Assembly: GCF_964204645.1 (NCBI RefSeq)
Contig: NC_134026.1
Span: 12,829,950-12,893,949 of the forward strand
Direction: 5' to 3'
Length of the DNA stretch: 64,000 nucleotides
Source: Tubulanus polymorphus
Taxonomy: Eukaryota > Animalia > Nemertea
Below the pieces are notes generated by a model. It did not search any database, was not told where the DNA came from, and saw only the letters and a list, made by a program, of their open reading frames with translations. Positions within the stretch are counted from its first letter, which is position 1. Each line of letters opens with the position of its first letter. The position numbers and the translations under genes are program-made. Below are positions 39,150-51,877 of this stretch, in pieces.

Positions 39150-41411
39150 GGTAAGCGATTTTTTCTACCGGCCACAGTTAGGTTTCGCACTGCGCATGTT
39201 CTGAATATACCGGAAGTAAACAAACCGTGACGTACGCGGAAGTAAAGCACATGGCTAGTCAAAAGTCAATTACAGTGTCAATAGGTATACGTTATTCTGC
39301 GATGATAAATCGAAATTTTAAAGTTAAAATCTGAAAAGATTTCCGATCCGTTTCCTTCTATGACAGGTTGTAAATATTGAGACAAAAATAAAATGGAATT
39401 CAGCATATAGAATGAATTTACTGTGTTTATTTCTTATCATGAATTTAAGTGTTTATTTCTTTACTTAGTACAGTACTGCTTGCAGAAAATACATTTCCAA
39501 TCAAAATTTAGAATTATCTTTCGGTTTAAAGTATGAGGTAGATACACCACATGGTACAATCGATAGCAATAGTTGCATTCCTCCTAGAAAAGAAATAACA
39601 GAACTGTATATTGATATTGATTAATGTTCATTTATATATGAGTGCTTCTGTCTTAACAATCAAAGCATAAAACATGACTTTGACCCTCCCTGCAATTACT
39701 AGCCATAATTCCCTTGTTACATTGTATATTCTTTTGGTCTTTTTAATTTATCTCACCTAAATCTATTCAAGTTATACTTACCCAATCAGAAGACTTGCCA
39801 TTTTCATTTCCACAGACATGGCATATGTTACTTATATCATCTAGGATAAAAGGAGAAAGATAGCCAATCAGTTTGTGTAAGCCTATACAGTATTAGTACA
39901 CTGTTGCGGCAAATGGAAAACATGGCATAATAACAAAATTGGCATTATAAAGACTGGAACTTTCATCAAATTTGAGTTAGATTGGGCAATTTGGTTCTCT
40001 GAAATGGCATGTAGCGAGCACTGGCATTAAAATTAAAAAGGATTGCATTATAATGAACTTTGAATTTAATAACTATAAGGTCGAGGGCCTACCTGATTCA
40101 TTAACAGTGGCTGATGTCCAACGATGTGAATTTGCATTTACTGTTGAAATATGGGTCGTGTCAGTACCTTGAAGAACACTGCCAGCATACTGTTGAATAC
40201 ACATATGTAATTGAATGAAATTTGTTAAACAATAATCAATAATATTGAAATTAAACAAATCAATCCTACCAAAGTAGTCAGCACGCCACAACTATGCCCA
40301 TCAAGTTGTTTCTGGTGAGGCGGTTCGATTATGGACCATTCAATATCATCAATGTCATGTCTACCAAGGGCTGTGGCTCAGTAAGTCAAGTAGGACCTTA
40401 CATTGAGATGAGAAATAGTTTGGAAATTATACATAATACATTGACATCGATAGAGAATAACGCAGTTTTCATAATGATTTCTTACTTAATATTCTTCAGT
40501 GCTTGAGCTTTTTTAAAATCAGATGCTCCAAACGGATCAAGGTAGACGATTTCATAGTTTTTGGGCTTGATCATCTGATATGAATAAAAAAATGCATTAT
40601 TTCTAAATACTTAATATTTGACAAATAAATACCGAAATTATCAAATAATTATAATTCTACATACAACCAGAACCCAATGATTACTATCCTTGTTGTAGCC
40701 GCCAATGATCATATATTTGTTTTCCAAATTTATCTAGTAATCAAATAGATTTTATGAGGAGTCTCAAAAGTAAATGAAAAACGAGAAAAGTTATCAAAGT
40801 ACTTCATACTTTCTTGAATAGACTATATTTGTATCGTGATTTGTTTCCTGCGACAATCGGGGTTATTATATAAGAATCAATAACCGTACAGTCATACATA
40901 CTTTTTTCAGCTTTAAGGGCTAGGGCCATGTTTATCACCTGAATAAAGAGCAAAAGATATTGATATGAAGTTCAATGAAAAAATGCGCATGGGATGATTT
41001 ATTATCCAGTAACAATACATGTTGTCTAGAACTGTATGAGATACTAATTAATACAAACAAGAGTTTTAAGATCTTCCGAAACAACACACTACTTACTCAC
41101 TAGTAATAACATAGGAATTTAATTTCAAGGACCGCAATCCCTCATCGGTCAAGAGATGACTACCAGATTTGGCAACTACTGTTCTGAGTATTGGATCTTC
41201 CTTTTTGTCCAAAATACATTGGACATGAAAAAACATCATTTGTGGCACACGTATTTCATGTAGAAGATAGAGAGAAAAAGAATTAATTTCAATTGCGACT
41301 TACATGTGTTGAACTTTACTTCCGCGTACGTCACGGTTTGTTTACTTCCGGTATATTCAGAACATGCGCAGAGCGAAATCTAACTGTGGCCGGTAGAAAA
41401 AATCGCTTACC
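39150..41411 (-). mobile_element. Mutator-like (MULE) non-autonomous element
   Basis: Near-perfect TIRs of about 98 bp (39150-39247 and 41314-41411); 9-bp TSD ccacaacat/ccacaacac. Confidence 0.88.
39461..41220 (-). pseudogene. Multi-exon Ulp1-like (C48) protease plus PHD finger gene inside the MULE
   Basis: GT-AG exons at about 41220-41097, 40938-40810, 40733-40665, 40574-40486, 40396-40270, 40189-40093, 39840-39782 and 39583-39461. NHWVLV-MIKPKNYEIVYLDPFG, PHQKQLDGHSCGV, CHVC..W-EECNYC..YH..WKCIFC. One in-frame TGA at 40378-80. Confidence 0.85.
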
Positions 41412-43311
41412 CCACAACACAGATCACATGTGTGATGGTTGGGATCACATGTTTTTTGTGTCTTTCACACATGGTTTTCACATAAATAACATGTGTGAAT
41501 TTTTTGTGAGGGATATCTTTAAGGTTAAGAATTGAATTGATACGTTAATATACGTTAATTCGCCATGTGCCTATATTACAAATTCAATCAAATTTTATTC
41601 TGCAATATATATCCAATTCAATTATATTTTATTGAACCAAACCTCATCAAATCCAATTCAATTTTATAAGGTATCCAAATCATTGAGACAAATAAAAAAA
41701 TTGACCTGAAGTAATTGTTTCTTTCATCCCCCTGGCCGTGTCACTTAAAAATGATTGTACTGGGTAAATAACATGGGAGCAGAATGTACTTATTTTGACA
41801 CGTCAACCCACAAATAGCATCACTCACAAAATGCACAGGCTCTTGTTTAAGATAAGTGTCAACAAATGATACTCTGAGTCCCTCTAATTTATGTGAAGAG
41901 ATGTTCTTGTGTATTTATCTAACATTATCTATCGTTCAAAACAAAAAGTATTTTAGGTTACTTGATCTAATGTGGCCAATCTTTGTCAAATTGCGCACTG
42001 TAGTATTTATCCTTTTACTTCCTTATATGATGTGGTTTCAAGTTTTGAGGGGAATACCCCTGGTCCCTGCTGGCATTCATGCTGGTCTAGCAAGTTAATA
42101 ATTTTTCTGAACATGTAGAATGAACATACTCTGAATATCCTCGTGCAAGCCTGTAAATAATTTTTTTGCCAGTGCCTGCCACATGTCAGGCACCAACTAT
42201 AATGCTGCCTGACATTAATGAGTTGGTGCCTGCCATTTAGCAAAGTACTACTGTTTTATAGAGAATTTCCTTATTACTATCATTAAAAACATATGAAGAA
42301 TTGCACACAACCTTTATTATATTGGGACTTCAACATTAAAATTTACTTTCACAATACCATAAAATCTCTAACAGCTATCAGGATGAACCTTTCTAACTAT
42401 ACCATAAAATCAATCTCCAATAACAGCAAACGAAACCGGAACCAACAACAGGCGATAGAATACATTCATGATTAAACTTACAGGGTGTCACTTGACTTTG
42501 ACTGATTACAATATTTTGTTTCTTATATATTTACATGTGTGTTATTTACTACCAATTATAATCTATTTTGAACTGTTTTATTTTTACTTTGATTGTTTCA
42601 TCACCGCACAGCGGCAATGGTATACATTTATATAACGCTCGAGTTCATCGTACTACCACGTGTCAGTTCATACATTAGTATATATGCAAATAAGCAGTGA
42701 GCCGCGTACTGCGTGTATGGCTGTGTGTATAGTAATCAGCTGAGTGAGTCTATATATAGCACAGTCACTCGGCGATGATAGTATACACAGCACTCTCACA
42801 CATCGGCGGGCACTATTGTCAGCCTCTTAAATCGTCAATTAAGACAAACTAATTGACAAATCAGTGAATTAAAATCTCTGATGAAGGGCCTCGGCTTATT
42901 GGGCAAAGCTTTATGAAATCCATGTATTTTAGGCTAAAAAACTGCCCTCGGCTTATTGGCCGGAAAATACGGTAGCGCGATTTCACCGCAATAAGCAACG
43001 GAATTGATCAGAAGACAATTGGCGCGATTTATCGCAATAAACATCGGAATTAATTGATCGGTGATAGGAAACGGTGCTATTTATTTTCATATCGGTTCAA
43101 AAAAGCTAAAACTATTAGAACCATGAAAATTTTCGTGCCGGTCAGCGTGACAGGCAGGAGCGATTTTGCAACGGACATCGAAGCGTTTTGAGCCGGCCAA
43201 TATCCGTGACCGGCCGCTTATTTACAGCTTGCTAGTGTGATGTCTGATGAAGCAACTTGTATTTCAACTTGTATTTCTAATATCTAAATCTGTCTCCGTT
43301 TAATGTTCTAG

Positions 43312-43400
43312 GTTACATTCCTCTGTGTGAGAACATGCCAGGTGGTAATGCTGTTAAGCCGGGTGACGTCGTAAAAGCAAAAAATGGGAAAACTATTCAG
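43312..43400 (+). CDS. LAP3: Cytosol leucine aminopeptidase, exon C
   Basis: ttctag acceptor, gtaac donor. (G)[29 protein letters not shown]; phase matches exon B. Confidence 0.97.
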
Positions 43401-43499
43401 GTAACAAAATATCAAAAAAAGCTAGGTGCTATTGATAATCATCAGTTAACTTTAGTTCATTTTTAACAGATCTCAATTCATTCATATCCTCAATTCATT

Positions 43500-43905
43500 C
43501 ATATCTAAATAATAATAAGAACGCAACTATCACAATCTTCATGATGATAATGAGTTTATTTACATGTTCAAACGTTTCGATCGATTTCGACTCATCTCTT
43601 CGAGTCCTTTTCAAGAAATGACATGAAATGATACAAACTATGTATAGTATATTGATACTAATTACAGAGAATATCATGCAGGCGTGAAGTGGCCTAGTTT
43701 ACAAAGTACAAATGGATTATAAACATATCAAAATACGTTCAGTAAAAATGAGACACCATGTGTGGAGAGTTGTTTGTTAATACTTGGTTTTTTGGATTTT
43801 ATATATAATGCCTCTTTGATGGTGATTTCGAAGTCATTTTTTCCAGAATCAACGATTGAAAAGTTGTTTTTTAAAGAAAAATTTGATACACAATTTTTAC
43901 ATGAT
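43500..43905 (-). mobile_element. Penelope-like element 3' fragment
   Basis: NNFSIVDSGKNDFEITIKEALYIKSKKPSINKQL...* resembles the GIY-YIG C-terminus, followed by pseudo-LTR-like sequence. Confidence 0.7.
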
Positions 43906-44249
43906 GTTATTGTTTAACTATCTGGATACTCTTCCGAAATTATATCATTCATATCTGTAAGAACAGAAAAAAATAAGCGAGGTTGGGCAAAGTTATCTTT
44001 CATTTACCCACAGTAAGGATTATCATATCTATTCTAACTCGAAAAGTAATTGGTCTTACAAAATTGCTTGAAAGCCTACTAAAAAGAATAATTTTAAGGA
44101 TGAAACAATGCTGAGATGCTGCTTTGCAGGAAACTGTTTATATTTTCGTAATTTTAGGGTTTCTGACCATTCATCGGTAAACCCTATTGTATTCCTTGTG
44201 ATTATTATTGATGGGTTTCGTCATGTCTGTCTGTGGACGTTTCATTATG

Positions 44250-45085
44250 AAGCGATTTAAGCTGGTATTTTTTGGACCGATAATTCTATGAATTGACACA
44301 TCCTACACATTACAGTCCTTGCAAACTTTGTTACCTTTGTGGCCCATTCAATGCCCATAATTTCAATGAAGACCATATAATCATCTGCTATTTGGAGCAT
44401 TTCCAGATTTCTAGGGCATTGCTTCTTCATTGTAGCATATTTTGCTTCAATCATCCTTTTCAGATCAAATTTAAGTTTAGTGCATTAGAGGGGCTTTTTA
44501 GTTCCTCTATATCATTGATATAGGGGAGGCAACATTCAAGTACAGTTTGAACTATGTCATCATAGTGAAGTGGCGTAAAGAAGTCCCACATGGATGCATT
44601 TTCATTATTCGGAACTAATCGTCTTAAGGCCAAAAGGAGTCTCGCTGCTAGTAGTATCATTCTGCCACTGATGTAGTATTTTCTTTTAGTCACGTTGTCT
44701 AATGATCATTCCAACCAAGATTGGCCCAGTGCAATTATCATGGCATCATTTTGAGCAACATCTGAAATCTCATCACATGTCCTAATAGAAAACACCTCCT
44801 TTCTCATTAATTCCCTTGGTTGTGAGGTTATATGCCCAGCCATTATTTTGGAAGCTATATTCAACTCGCGTTTTGCCGGGACATATTTTCCTTTTCGTTC
44901 CTTACAACGTCTTGTAATGGCGTCTCATATTTTTTATGAAACCCCAATCGAAGCATTCTGTACATGGGCCATACTCTGTTGTGTTAAAAGTTGTTGTTGG
45001 CCTTCAAGAAAGAAGTAATTCACCTTAACCAGACTCAATAACACGTTGATTATGTTGGTGATCACCTAATAACCGTAGTTTTGTA
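44250..45085 (-). pseudogene. Decayed transposon protein, probably the tyrosine-recombinase-associated (Crypton-like) type
   Basis: RLLGDHQHN..., EYGPCTECF, YISGRM..ARLLLALR, FTPLHYDDIV, LKSPSNAL, EWATKV. Multiple frameshifts; catalytic region not seen. Confidence 0.45.
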
Positions 45086-45979
45086 AAATCTGGATAAGTT
45101 CCTGTTTTTGATCTTAAAATAGGGATTGTCCCCGTTATATATTAATTTGGTTGGTAAATTTTGTTTGATTTTTCGATTGAGTGTCCCTTACAGACCCACC
45201 ACACCTGCCGGGAGCGAAACAGGGGGTTTGATTTTGAAATCGGAGTACAGATATAGATGTGTGATCGGCGGTCGAGTTAACAGAATATTTTTTTAAATCG
45301 GAGTATATAATTGGAAATTCGGTTCCGGTTCATCCAAACAATCTTCCATTCAGTCTGAACCGGCAAGCGACTAATTGGGATGAATTTTTCTGGCTGCCTA
45401 ATTTAATACATTGAGATTCTGGAAAATAGCTATATTACAAGGTTTAAGATCATTTTGTCCATTTTTATATTTTTTTGGTCTTTTTCTACGTGTAAATAGT
45501 CCGGTAGTTTATTGTCATTTTTTCTTGGGTAGATGTTGATGTAGAAGTCCTCTAAGTTGACTAGATAGGAAGAAAGCACATTTCGAAACGCAAATCTTCC
45601 AGATGGGAGTATAGCCTTGGGGTATCCGAAGTGTAGTTGTATGACATCGACGGTGCAGCTCCGATGAGGATGGGTTTCTCCGTCAAGGGGTGCGCAGTTG
45701 GTACTTCACATCTGGTGCTGAATTTGCCTAAAAGTAAAAGTTTTACAATGGGAGCAGTTATGTGTTTCTAATATACAGTGCATAGTTAGGTCCGGGAATG
45801 TATCGCAATCAAACGGACAGAGCTATGCGCATTGATAGACCGTCAGTAAGAATGCAGCGCAGACACGTGAATATTGAATACATGTTTGTACACTTACATA
45901 TATACAGTCTTGATCTGGTTTTATTTATATTGTCACGATTAGGTTTTTTGGTCGTTTTTAATGAGACTGATGTCAAGAG

Positions 45980-47350
45980 GCAACTTTCCAGTCACCATTG
46001 CGCGTAGATAGACTGAGCTTGCTATCTATCCTAAGGCCAAAAACGGAGGCAGTGTTCCAGCTATCGCAGCAATGAGACTGAGTTTACAGTCAAAACATCT
46101 TAAACAGTAAACTAATGCGTATGTGATGATATAGAGCAAAAGTGGTCAGACAGTTCTATGCGTATTGATAGACCGTCATTCCTGTTCGATCTAAATCACA
46201 ACATACCTCAAGTGTCAAAGTCGGGATATGTAGGTGTAAGTAGTAAAAAAAAGTGGCGTTGGGTTTAATTAATAGACTACGCTAATGGTGTCGATTGTGA
46301 TTCTGTTTACTACGTTCCGTCCGCTTGCGTCCAGGTGTATAAGTATATTGTTAAGACTCCAAATATGAAGGTTTTGTTGAAGCATGATTTCTTGGTGTAG
46401 GCGTTCTTTTAGTGAGTTTTTGAAATAAATTATAGTGTTGATGCGGCCAGAGCCTTGTTCTAGATTGTAATGATTTTTGTACAAAATGGATTGTGCGAGA
46501 AACAAAAGGTAGTTCGCGAGTGTGCGTTTGAAGAAATCTCTTTCTATTGTTTTAGTAATTCTTGTGTAGACAATGTCTTGAGTGATATTTATAGGTGTGC
46601 TTAGTATGCGTTGAAAGATTGGTTGTATAGATGAATATAATTGCTGTGCGTCTGTGCATGAGTATACTACATTGTCATTCGTTGCCACGCGTCCACAAAT
46701 TTTCCAATTTGGATCAGTTTTCATTTTCCAAAGTACTAGTTTTGAAGCTGTTGCAAGAGTATTATGAAGTAATTTCCAATGAATATCACTAAATCGTCTA
46801 TCAATATGTTTATTATAAACTTCATTCCAAATTTCCGGCCAGTTCAGATCAGTATTTAACATTTCAGTAATTTTGGTTTGCCCTCGGTGGGATTTGATGG
46901 AGATTTTTTAATAATAGAATTCCATAAATTTGAGATGATAAAAGTTTTCCTATAGTACACTATATTACCAAATTGCACGTAGAAGTTTTGGTTATTCATC
47001 AGGATCTAAATTTTGGTCAGATAGAATTAGTTTCCAATGATGCGGTATCGCATTGTATATACGTTTGTGTTTAAATTCATTTGTTAATGGAGTTTCGTTA
47101 AATGCTTTGTAGTTGCCACGATTATCGAATAGATGTTGTAGACTGATTATACCGTGATGTATGTATTCTGTGAAATTGGTTGTTTTGTTGAGCTTAATTT
47201 TTGGGTTGCCAAAAAAATGGTTTTTGCAGAATTTCGGTAATGGTCTCAGTTGTAACTAGATGTTGTTGAAAAACTGTCCATGATTTTAATAAATGTCTGT
47301 AGTAATCATTTATAATGACTTTTTTGGGAATTTCATTGTGAATGATGTTT
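45980..47350 (-). mobile_element. 5'-truncated Tx1/L1-clade LINE (ORF2 C-terminus plus 3' UTR)
   Basis: YRHLLKSW...PFFW; WPEIW...DIHWKLLHNTLAT..L..WKMKTDPNWKICG....VVYSC (zf-RVT-like). Confidence 0.75.
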
Positions 47351-48884
47351 GAAATATTCATCAGTAGTACAGTGCAAGACACTTCATCAAGCTAGGATAC
47401 TGAATGCCGTACTGTGTATTTATGTACGAAAAAAAAATTATGACATTTTTTCGGACAAAATGAACTCTGTGGGGTCCGAACCCCCCCCCCCCCCCTACGG
47501 GCCTGTCTCTTGCAATGGGTTTTTATTTAGGGTTTCTGCTGCTTCGCAGAAGCTGTCTTGTAATTCTCGTGATTATTGCCTTTTTCCACTTTCCAGACAA
47601 ATGTTTTTCATAAAATCTATCTCCTCTCAGATTCGACTACTAACAGCTTATAAACGTAATTTTCAATTCTGAGAGAAATATAACTCAGCATCTGACCATT
47701 TCGAATTTGTGTATAGTAGAACATACTAAATTAAACCTGTATAATTACCGGGTCTAAACGGCGCAAGAATAACGCAAAGCATTGTCATCCATTGATAAAA
47801 GACCATCCCAAAAAGCCTACAAATTACCGAACAACCGCGACCGTCAAACTCAACCGTGAATCACGGATTCAGACTAACAATTAGTCCGGATCCTTCATTT
47901 TCCGCGAACAATATACAACCATTATAGTGGATGGTTGAAATCATTTTCAGCTTAAATTTATCGCAAAACTATGGCGAGTTTAAGGACTTCAATGAACTAT
48001 GATCCCTAAAATGAGTCAATTGATTAATTTTATTCGTAAATCAATTTACATTGGCTACATTTCCTGAAGATTTTTGGCTCAAATCAGCGTAATATGGACA
48101 GAAATGGTAGGGATTTTCATATGGAATTTTACTTCCGTGTTCACTTGACGACTCGGATCGATGACAACGACAGCAGAGTTTATGTAATTTAAGGTGAGAA
48201 TCCATTAACCAGGGAATGTTAGACATGATTTCCCTAACTTCTAACTGCAGTTAACGTCACCTTTCCACTGGGTGGTGCTATGATATGTGTACATATGGTA
48301 GCAAATGAGTACTCGGCGAAGCAATGATTGTTGGCTACCGGTACCTACTTAATGCCTAGCTTTTTTGGGGGATACGCCTAGAATAGATTTAGGCCCTTAC
48401 TAAATGTAGTGTGTAGAGCCAGTGGAAAGCCTAAGTAGTTAGTAAGGGGCTGGATTACACTGATGTATACGACTATTTATTTCGATTACTTTCTTTCCAG
48501 CTATTAATCGTGGAATGAACTGGTCACTACGGTCTTCAATTCCTTTGCGGATTCTTGCAGCTGGGGGGAATGTATTTTAACCACAGTGTGCAAGTGTTCA
48601 TTTGAAACCAAGCTTTTTTGTCATTGGGAGTCAAAGTCGCAACTTATGTGCAGCTGTCTCAGGTGTTGTAAGTACTTGACGTTTTGTGTAATTTTTTTTT
48701 TCTTATGCCATGTTTAAAATATTTGGATTAGTAATCAGTCGTGCTAACGTACATGCAGAATTGGATTCATTGTTATTATGGGATGATAATTCAAGAGTCA
48801 TCAAGAGTCCTACGACACGAAACTTTTTAATGTTTATCAGAGACTTGTTTTGGAGTAAACTGAATAACCCTTAATATTCCACAT

Positions 48885-49435
48885 CAGGGGCGGATCTAAA
48901 GGCAGACAATGACAGGAGCACAGAATTAAAAAAAGGGCAATTCATAAGAACAGGTTCTATCCATGACAGGCGAGCGGCGAAACGTTCGGGGGGGTCTGGG
49001 GTACCAGAAAATTTGTGAATTTCAACCCATTTTAATGCAATTTCCAGGCACCTGAAACTCAAAAATGACATCCTGCAATATTTCTTTAAGAGATGGGAAT
49101 TTATTAATATGGAAACAATGTCTGTATCTCCTGAAGTCGATGTTTTCGTTTAGGCATGATGCCTTCAAATCTGGGGCCGTCAAATCTTATTGAAAATCTT
49201 AAAAACCACGTTCACGACGTTAGAACAACTGCGAAATTCGCGGAAGTTATCGTACCGGATGTAGTTTATTTCCGGGTTCACACTAAAACGCGGATGTAAA
49301 TAACGGACTGCGGACTTAAGTTTTGTGGGTGGAAATCGCGGTAAAAAAAAAATTTTCGCACTTTTTTCAAAAAGGGCACTCAGAATTTGCGACCGGAGCA
49401 CGTGCTCCACATGCTCCCATCTAGATCCGCCCCTG
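48885..49435. mobile_element. hAT-like MITE with 5-bp TSD
   Basis: TIR CAGGGGCGGATCTA; CACAT at 48880-84 and 49436-40. Confidence 0.8.
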
Positions 49436-49447
49436 CACATGGCTTAA

Positions 49448-50372
49448 AGAGCATATGCCATCAAAATTGAATATTGTGTAAAATTCATTTTCAATTGTGA
49501 TGTACCGTAAAAACCGGTGTATAAGTCGAGTTTTTAATCCTTGATTTTACCACTAAATTATTGACCTCGACTTATACGCCGAGTACAGTTTTCTACTAAG
49601 TATTTTCAGGTCACAAGAAATATTGATTCTACCAGACAAAAAAGACAGTGTTCATCTTCTCACTGCTATAACAGTTTGAATAATTATTCATGATAAATAA
49701 AGTTATTTAATGAAAAAAACTTCTTTCATTTTGACACAGCTTCATTTAAAACGATGTATTCATATATGCGCGCTCATAGCAGCGCTTAATACATTAGGCT
49801 ATATATAGCGTGTGACTCACACTACTGTCTCACTGTATGGTAGTGGATTATACCCAAGTGTGTGTGTGTGTGTGTGTCTATTGATTAACACACGGCAGCA
49901 ATCAGGCTGACGCACGGCGGCGTGTGAGAAGGCGAACTATTCAATATAATGATACAAGTAGTTATTCTTCTAAGAGAAGGGACTCCATTTATAAGCCGGA
50001 TATATGTTAAAAATCATAAAATGTAGGTCTAAAAATCGACCTCGACTTATACGCCGCGTAGACTTATACGCCGGTTTTTATGGTATTCACAAATATCAAA
50101 TCCGGGAGTGGTTTGAATTTCAGGCTTCGCTTACTGGCCCGCACACGTGCCTGTGTTGATTGTCATAGTTAACATCATAAATAGTGCCACCCGTGGGTTG
50201 AATATGAACTATACGCACGGAGTGAAGGATAAATAGATGACTATTCCGCTAACTATTACAGCTGATTCGTTCTCCTTTTTTCAATAAGTCACATCTCAGG
50301 TCGTTATATGTATACTTAAGTTTCTTCTGATTAAGAAATCGCGGAAAGTACAATTATGATGGCATTTGCCCT
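49448..50372. mobile_element. Kolobok-like MITE (another terminus at about 10154-10210)
   Basis: TTAA TSDs; TIR AG(A/G)GCA.ATGCCATCA.AATTG with purine termini. Confidence 0.75.
49505..50083. mobile_element. Tc2/pogo-like MITE nested in the Kolobok-like MITE
   Basis: TA TSD; TIR CC(G/A)TAAAAACCGG(T/C)GTATAAGTC with subterminal ctcgacttatacgcc repeats. Confidence 0.8.
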
Positions 50373-50950
50373 TTAACGGTCGGTGTCAATGCTCTGCAAG
50401 ACAGTAGTGATAGATTTTTCACGACAAACACACAATAAAATTGGTCTCCTAAGATATCGTTTATACTTTCTTTCACTCCTCTATTATATTACATAACTGA
50501 GTAATTCTTACATTTGATTGCTTAATTACAGGTTGAAAGAGATCAAAGGGCATGAATCGACTGTGACTGGCTTATTGGTGCGAGTAGATAAAGCGTTGAG
50601 GTTTCAAAAGGTGTAGCCAAAATGCTTGTATCATCAGGGGTAGACAAATTATCCGAAGATAAATGAAAACTTCACCTTGTTGATCGTCAGTTGATTTTGC
50701 TGTAAATTATTTCGCCTGGATAAATCAACAAACACATAATACATTTCAAAATCTGTGTTCAGTAGAATTTCTTTCAATAAAATGAAAATTTATGTGACAT
50801 TCATTTTTATGTATTCAAGATTGAATTTGAATTGATCTTAAAACCAGAGCAGAAAGCATTCAGCGGTTTAGAAAATCCTATTAGTAGACTCATAATCAAA
50901 TTCTGCGAAGTCAGTTAAGGTCTTTTGCTCGAATCAAGTTGAGGGCTCAG

Positions 50951-51877
50951 GGGCCGGTTGCATAGTCATGACTTAGATTTAAGACCAGTCTAAGACCAAC
51001 TTAGTTCTATAGCCAATCTAACAACTTAAGACCAGTCTTAAGATTTAAAGGCCGAGGAGCAGTATAAAAGCCCAATCAATGTCAAAGATGGCAGTACCCA
51101 TGAAGCAATAGTGCAGTGGAGAGCTCCAACGGTTGGAACTGGAAATCTCTGTCAGTTATCCGATTTGGACCCTCCTTTTTGTCAGACATATGTATTAATG
51201 TGTAATATATTCATTTCTGCAGTCAAAAATGTGTTTTAGGCCCTCCTCTATGAGAAATTAAGCTTTTTAGTTGGTATTTCCTTCAAAACTTGAATCTTTG
51301 AATGACAGAGGGAGGAGTTATACAGTGAATTAGTGTAGCTCACAGAGCACATGAACAGTAATTTGATACCTATAGTCATCAATATACATAAACAAAACAT
51401 AGCCTCATTCATAGTACCAAAATTTGGCAACATCAAAACTTTTTCTATGGTCAATGGATCAGTCTGAAATTTCGTACACTTGTTTAGCTATCTACTATCA
51501 ATGTTGTGTCCAAATTTCATGGAAATCGGATAAAAATTAATGATTTTCAAAAAATTTGAAATGTCTCTAAAATCTTTAATCTTGGCCCTATCTCTTCAAA
51601 AAAAGATCGCTAGCATCAGATTTTCATTCCCACTATGACTAGATTACTTAAAATTAGTTTAGAACTTGATATGAAAACTTTGAATTTGTCAAATTTAACT
51701 GTGTGTGACCTGCTTTTTTGTTGTGAGCCAACCTCGCTCACTCTAAACATTATAAACAAGATACTGTAGTTAGTGGGACGGCCGGTCTCAAGTGTTTGCC
51801 ACCCGGTTAACTAGCATCCATACTCCTCGGCCTTTAAGACAACTTTTCGACTTAAGTCACGACTGTGCAACTGGCCC
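50951..51877. mobile_element. Harbinger-type MITE
   Basis: TIR GGGCC(G/A)GTTGCA.AGTC.TGACTTA; CAG TSD. Confidence 0.8.
51049..51833. mobile_element. Kolobok-like MITE nested in the Harbinger MITE
   Basis: TTAA TSDs at 51045-48 and 51834-37; TIR AGGCCGAGGAG. Confidence 0.75.
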
